64,000 nucleotides of DNA from Octopus sinensis. Its lineage: Eukaryota. This document shows, one piece after another, positions 60,569 to 64,000 of the stretch (within the stretch, counting starts at the first letter, position 1; each line of letters begins with the position of its first letter). The notes under the pieces were generated by a model. The model had not been told where the DNA came from, searched no databases, and was given only the letters and a program-made list of their open reading frames with translations. The stretch is from the NCBI RefSeq assembly GCF_006345805.1, contig NC_043020.1, positions 12,772,001 to 12,836,000 on the forward strand, given 5' to 3'. A program made the position numbers and the translations under genes.

Positions 60569-62680
60569 GTAAGTAGTAATAGTAAGGTTTTAAAAAAAAA
60601 ATTCTGAACAAAATTATTTAGATAAACTAAAACACCTTTCCTGAGTTACCCAAAATTGCTAAACTACAAAAAAATCAACAACAACAACAACAAAAATATT
60701 TATAATAATAATAATAATAACAACAATAATAATGTCTGACATAAGCCACCAAGGCCACAAATTCAGAAAAAATAGATATAGATCTAATTTAATCAGCCTA
60801 ATGCCTGGTACTTTATCAGCCCCAGGACTGATGAAGGACCGTTGACCACAGAAGGGATTTAAATGCAGAATGTATAACAACAATGATTATAACGGTTTCT
60901 AATTTTGGTACAGGGATAACAACTTTGAGGGGATGGGCTAAGTCAGTACCATTGACTTCCCCGGTATATGACTGGTACTTAAGTTGACTTTGGTGGGATT
61001 TGAGCTCAGAACATCCAGAAGAAATGCTGATAAGCATTTTGTCCAATGTGGAACAAATCTACCAGCTTTATGCCTTAATAAATCTTTCTCATTTTGGCAC
61101 AAGACCAGAAATTTGAGAGGAGGGGGTAAATCGATTACATTGCCCTCCACCCCCTCCCACCATGACCACTACCAGTACTTGACTGGTACTTTACTTTATC
61201 AGTTTCAAAAGGGTATTTGAACTCAAAATGCTGAGAGCTGGAAGGAATACTGCTGAGCATTTCGTCCTGACATGCTAACAATTCTGCCAGCTCACCACCT
61301 AACATTACAATAATAATAATAATGGTTTCAAAGTCTGGCCACGAGGCCAGCAAGTTTAGGGGATGGGGGCTAAGTTGATTACATGAACCCTAGTGATCAA
61401 CTGGTACTTATTTTATCAAGCCCTGAAAAGGTGAAAAGCAAAGTTGAACTCAGAATGTAAAAACGGACAAAATACCACTATGTATGTATGCATGTATGTA
61501 TGTATGTATGTATGTATGTATGATGTATGTATGTATGTATGTATGTATGTATGTATGTATCTATGTATACATGTATGTATGTATGTATGTATGTATGTAT
61601 GTATGTATGTATGTATATATATATATTATATATATATATATATATATGTGGTGTATGTGTATATATATGTATATCTATGTGGTGTGTATGTGGTGTGTAT
61701 GTATGTATGGTGTGTATGTATATATGTATGTGGCGGGGTATATATATGTGGGATGTGTGCGTATATATATATGTGGGGTATGTGTGTATATGTATATATA
61801 TATATATATATATATAAAACACTTAAGATTTGATGATCTGTTAATATTTATATATACATCGAGAAACGCTGATAATCAAACAGTTTTATAGTTTATGTAT
61901 GTATGTATTTTGTCCAATCTACTAACGAGTCTGCCAACTTGCTGCGTTGATAATAACATTAATAACAAGAATAATAATAAAAATAATGATAATAATAATA
62001 ATAATAATTTCTTCATGTCATTGAACTATCATGTTTGCACTGGGAAAAAAATCCCCTCAACAATGTATAGAATTGAAAACAAAAAAACCTCTATTGTACG
62101 TAAACATATAATTTCCATTTTGTATTTTTATAATATGATAACATGGAAGTCAGTAAAAATTTACATAATTGACAGGTGATCACCGTTATTAGCTGTTTTC
62201 TCTAATATGTAACAAAATAACTGAGCTGTTAGATTTGAAATCTTATAAATATATTGTCCATATTTGGTTATAAATGGAAGCTCCATCTATTTGTCCATTT
62301 TTTAATGAGAATGATTTAGAAAATTTGATGATTTAAAAAAAAAAAATTACAAAGCAGTTATTTTTTTTGTTTTAAATGTTTTCATTGACTGCTAACACAC
62401 ACACTCACATGTATATATACAAACATACATACATAAATATATATATATTTTCATTCACACACATATAAATGTGTGCCTATATTATATATATATATATATA
62501 TATATAGATAGATATATTCACTCACACACATGCAGATGTGTGTGTGTATCTATCTATCTATATATGTATATACATATATATGTGTAGATATATATGTATA
62601 TATGTGTAGATATATATATATATATATGTATATATTATATATATATATATATATATGTATACATATATTACATGTTTATA

Positions 62681-62737
<57 letters not shown>

Positions 62738-62838
62738 ATATATATATACATGTATATATATGTATATATATATATTTATTATATATATATATATATTATA
62801 TATATATATTATATATAATATATATATATACATGTATA

Positions 62839-62900
<62 letters not shown>

Positions 62901-62979
62901 CATACACATACAGTGCTTACGCAGTTAGGTGCTATGTGGTAAAGTTGATGATCTTCAATAATAATAATAGTAATATAAG

Positions 62980-63038
<59 letters not shown>

Positions 63039-63131
63039 TATGTATATAATACATGGCTATCATACAAAACTATAGGCTTCTCCATGTGGAGAAATTGGTT
63101 CAGTTTAAATTTTCATATAGAAAAATTACAA

Positions 63132-63185
<54 letters not shown>

Positions 63186-64000
63186 ATAATAATAATAACA
63201 ATCCTTTCTATTATAGGCACAAGGCCTGAAATATTGGAGAAGCAGGGGGATGTAGTCAATTACCTTGACCTCCCAGTACTTAACTGGTAATTATTTTATT
63301 GACCCGAAAGGATGAAAGGTAAAGTCGACCTTCATGGAATTTGAACTCTGAACATAAAGCGAGACATAATGGTGCTATGCGTTTTGTCTGTGTGGTAACT
63401 ATTCTGCCAGGTTGCTGCTTTGGCAGTGAGCTGGCTGAATTCTTACCAGAGTTGTTTACTACTGAAGAAACTGTTGAAAAATCAGTTCTTTCGTTAACTG
63501 TATACATGTGCGTGTGTGTGTGTGTATATGCGTGTAGGTATGTTGGATCTGTACGTGTTTGAACTTTGCCATGTTCTAAGTCTTTTGCAGTTTGTTTGAA
63601 CCCTTTGTAAGGGACTGAAACAAAAACAAACTCCTACCCTCATCCAATAATAATAATAATAATAATAATAATGTTAAAAGCAGAACAATGTCATGTTTTC
63701 AATTAAGCATGTTTAAAAGGAAAGCTGTGTCCCTAGCTCCTACATGCATTTTTTTCTCTCCTTGTTTCTCTCCTTGTTTTTTTCTATGTATCTCTCTGTC
63801 GAAGAGCATAGGCTCGAAATGTAAAAGACTTGTTCTATTTCTATTCCTGAGTGCCATACTAATACATTTGTTTGTTTGTACTCCACCTGCCTTCGTCTTT
63901 TGTTTATTTTCGTAAACCTTCCCGTTATATATACTCTTTTACTCTTTTACTTGTTTCAGTCATTTGACTGCGGCCATGCTGGAGCACCACCTTTAATCGA

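Overview
Repeat-dense, AT-rich eukaryotic genomic DNA, most likely from an octopus (inferred from the tRNA-derived SINE families, RTE tails ending in (GAT)n/(CAT)n and long (TA)n tracts). One gene is well supported: a plus-strand NET1/ARHGEF3-family DH-PH RhoGEF. Ten coding exons (9661-36818) splice in frame to 331 aa plus stop, one intron is GC-AG, and the N-terminal exons were not found. A second plus-strand gene may begin near 56-63 kb as microexons (weak). The rest is mobile DNA: a deleted mariner, a Tigger/pogo fossil with four nested insertions, a maT-like/Gypsy chimera, a CR1-like LINE, non-autonomous Helitrons, about ten TTAA-flanked MITEs, hAT-like and other MITEs, Penelope-like fragments with hammerhead-like motifs, and many SINEs. 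The most unusual signal is that one short box in an RTE retroposon 3' tail (GGTG[G/C]CACGTAAAAAGCAC) has twice seeded a tandem array: about 51 x 23 bp at 4.5-5.7 kb and about 48 x 128 bp at 26.4-32.5 kb. The 128-bp unit is a dimer whose small hairpin shows a compensatory base-pair change. Several long foldback hairpins and inverted SINE pairs lie next to RhoGEF exons. Nearly all ORFs in the supplied track are repeat artefacts. All homology calls come from recalled sequence motifs, not database searches.
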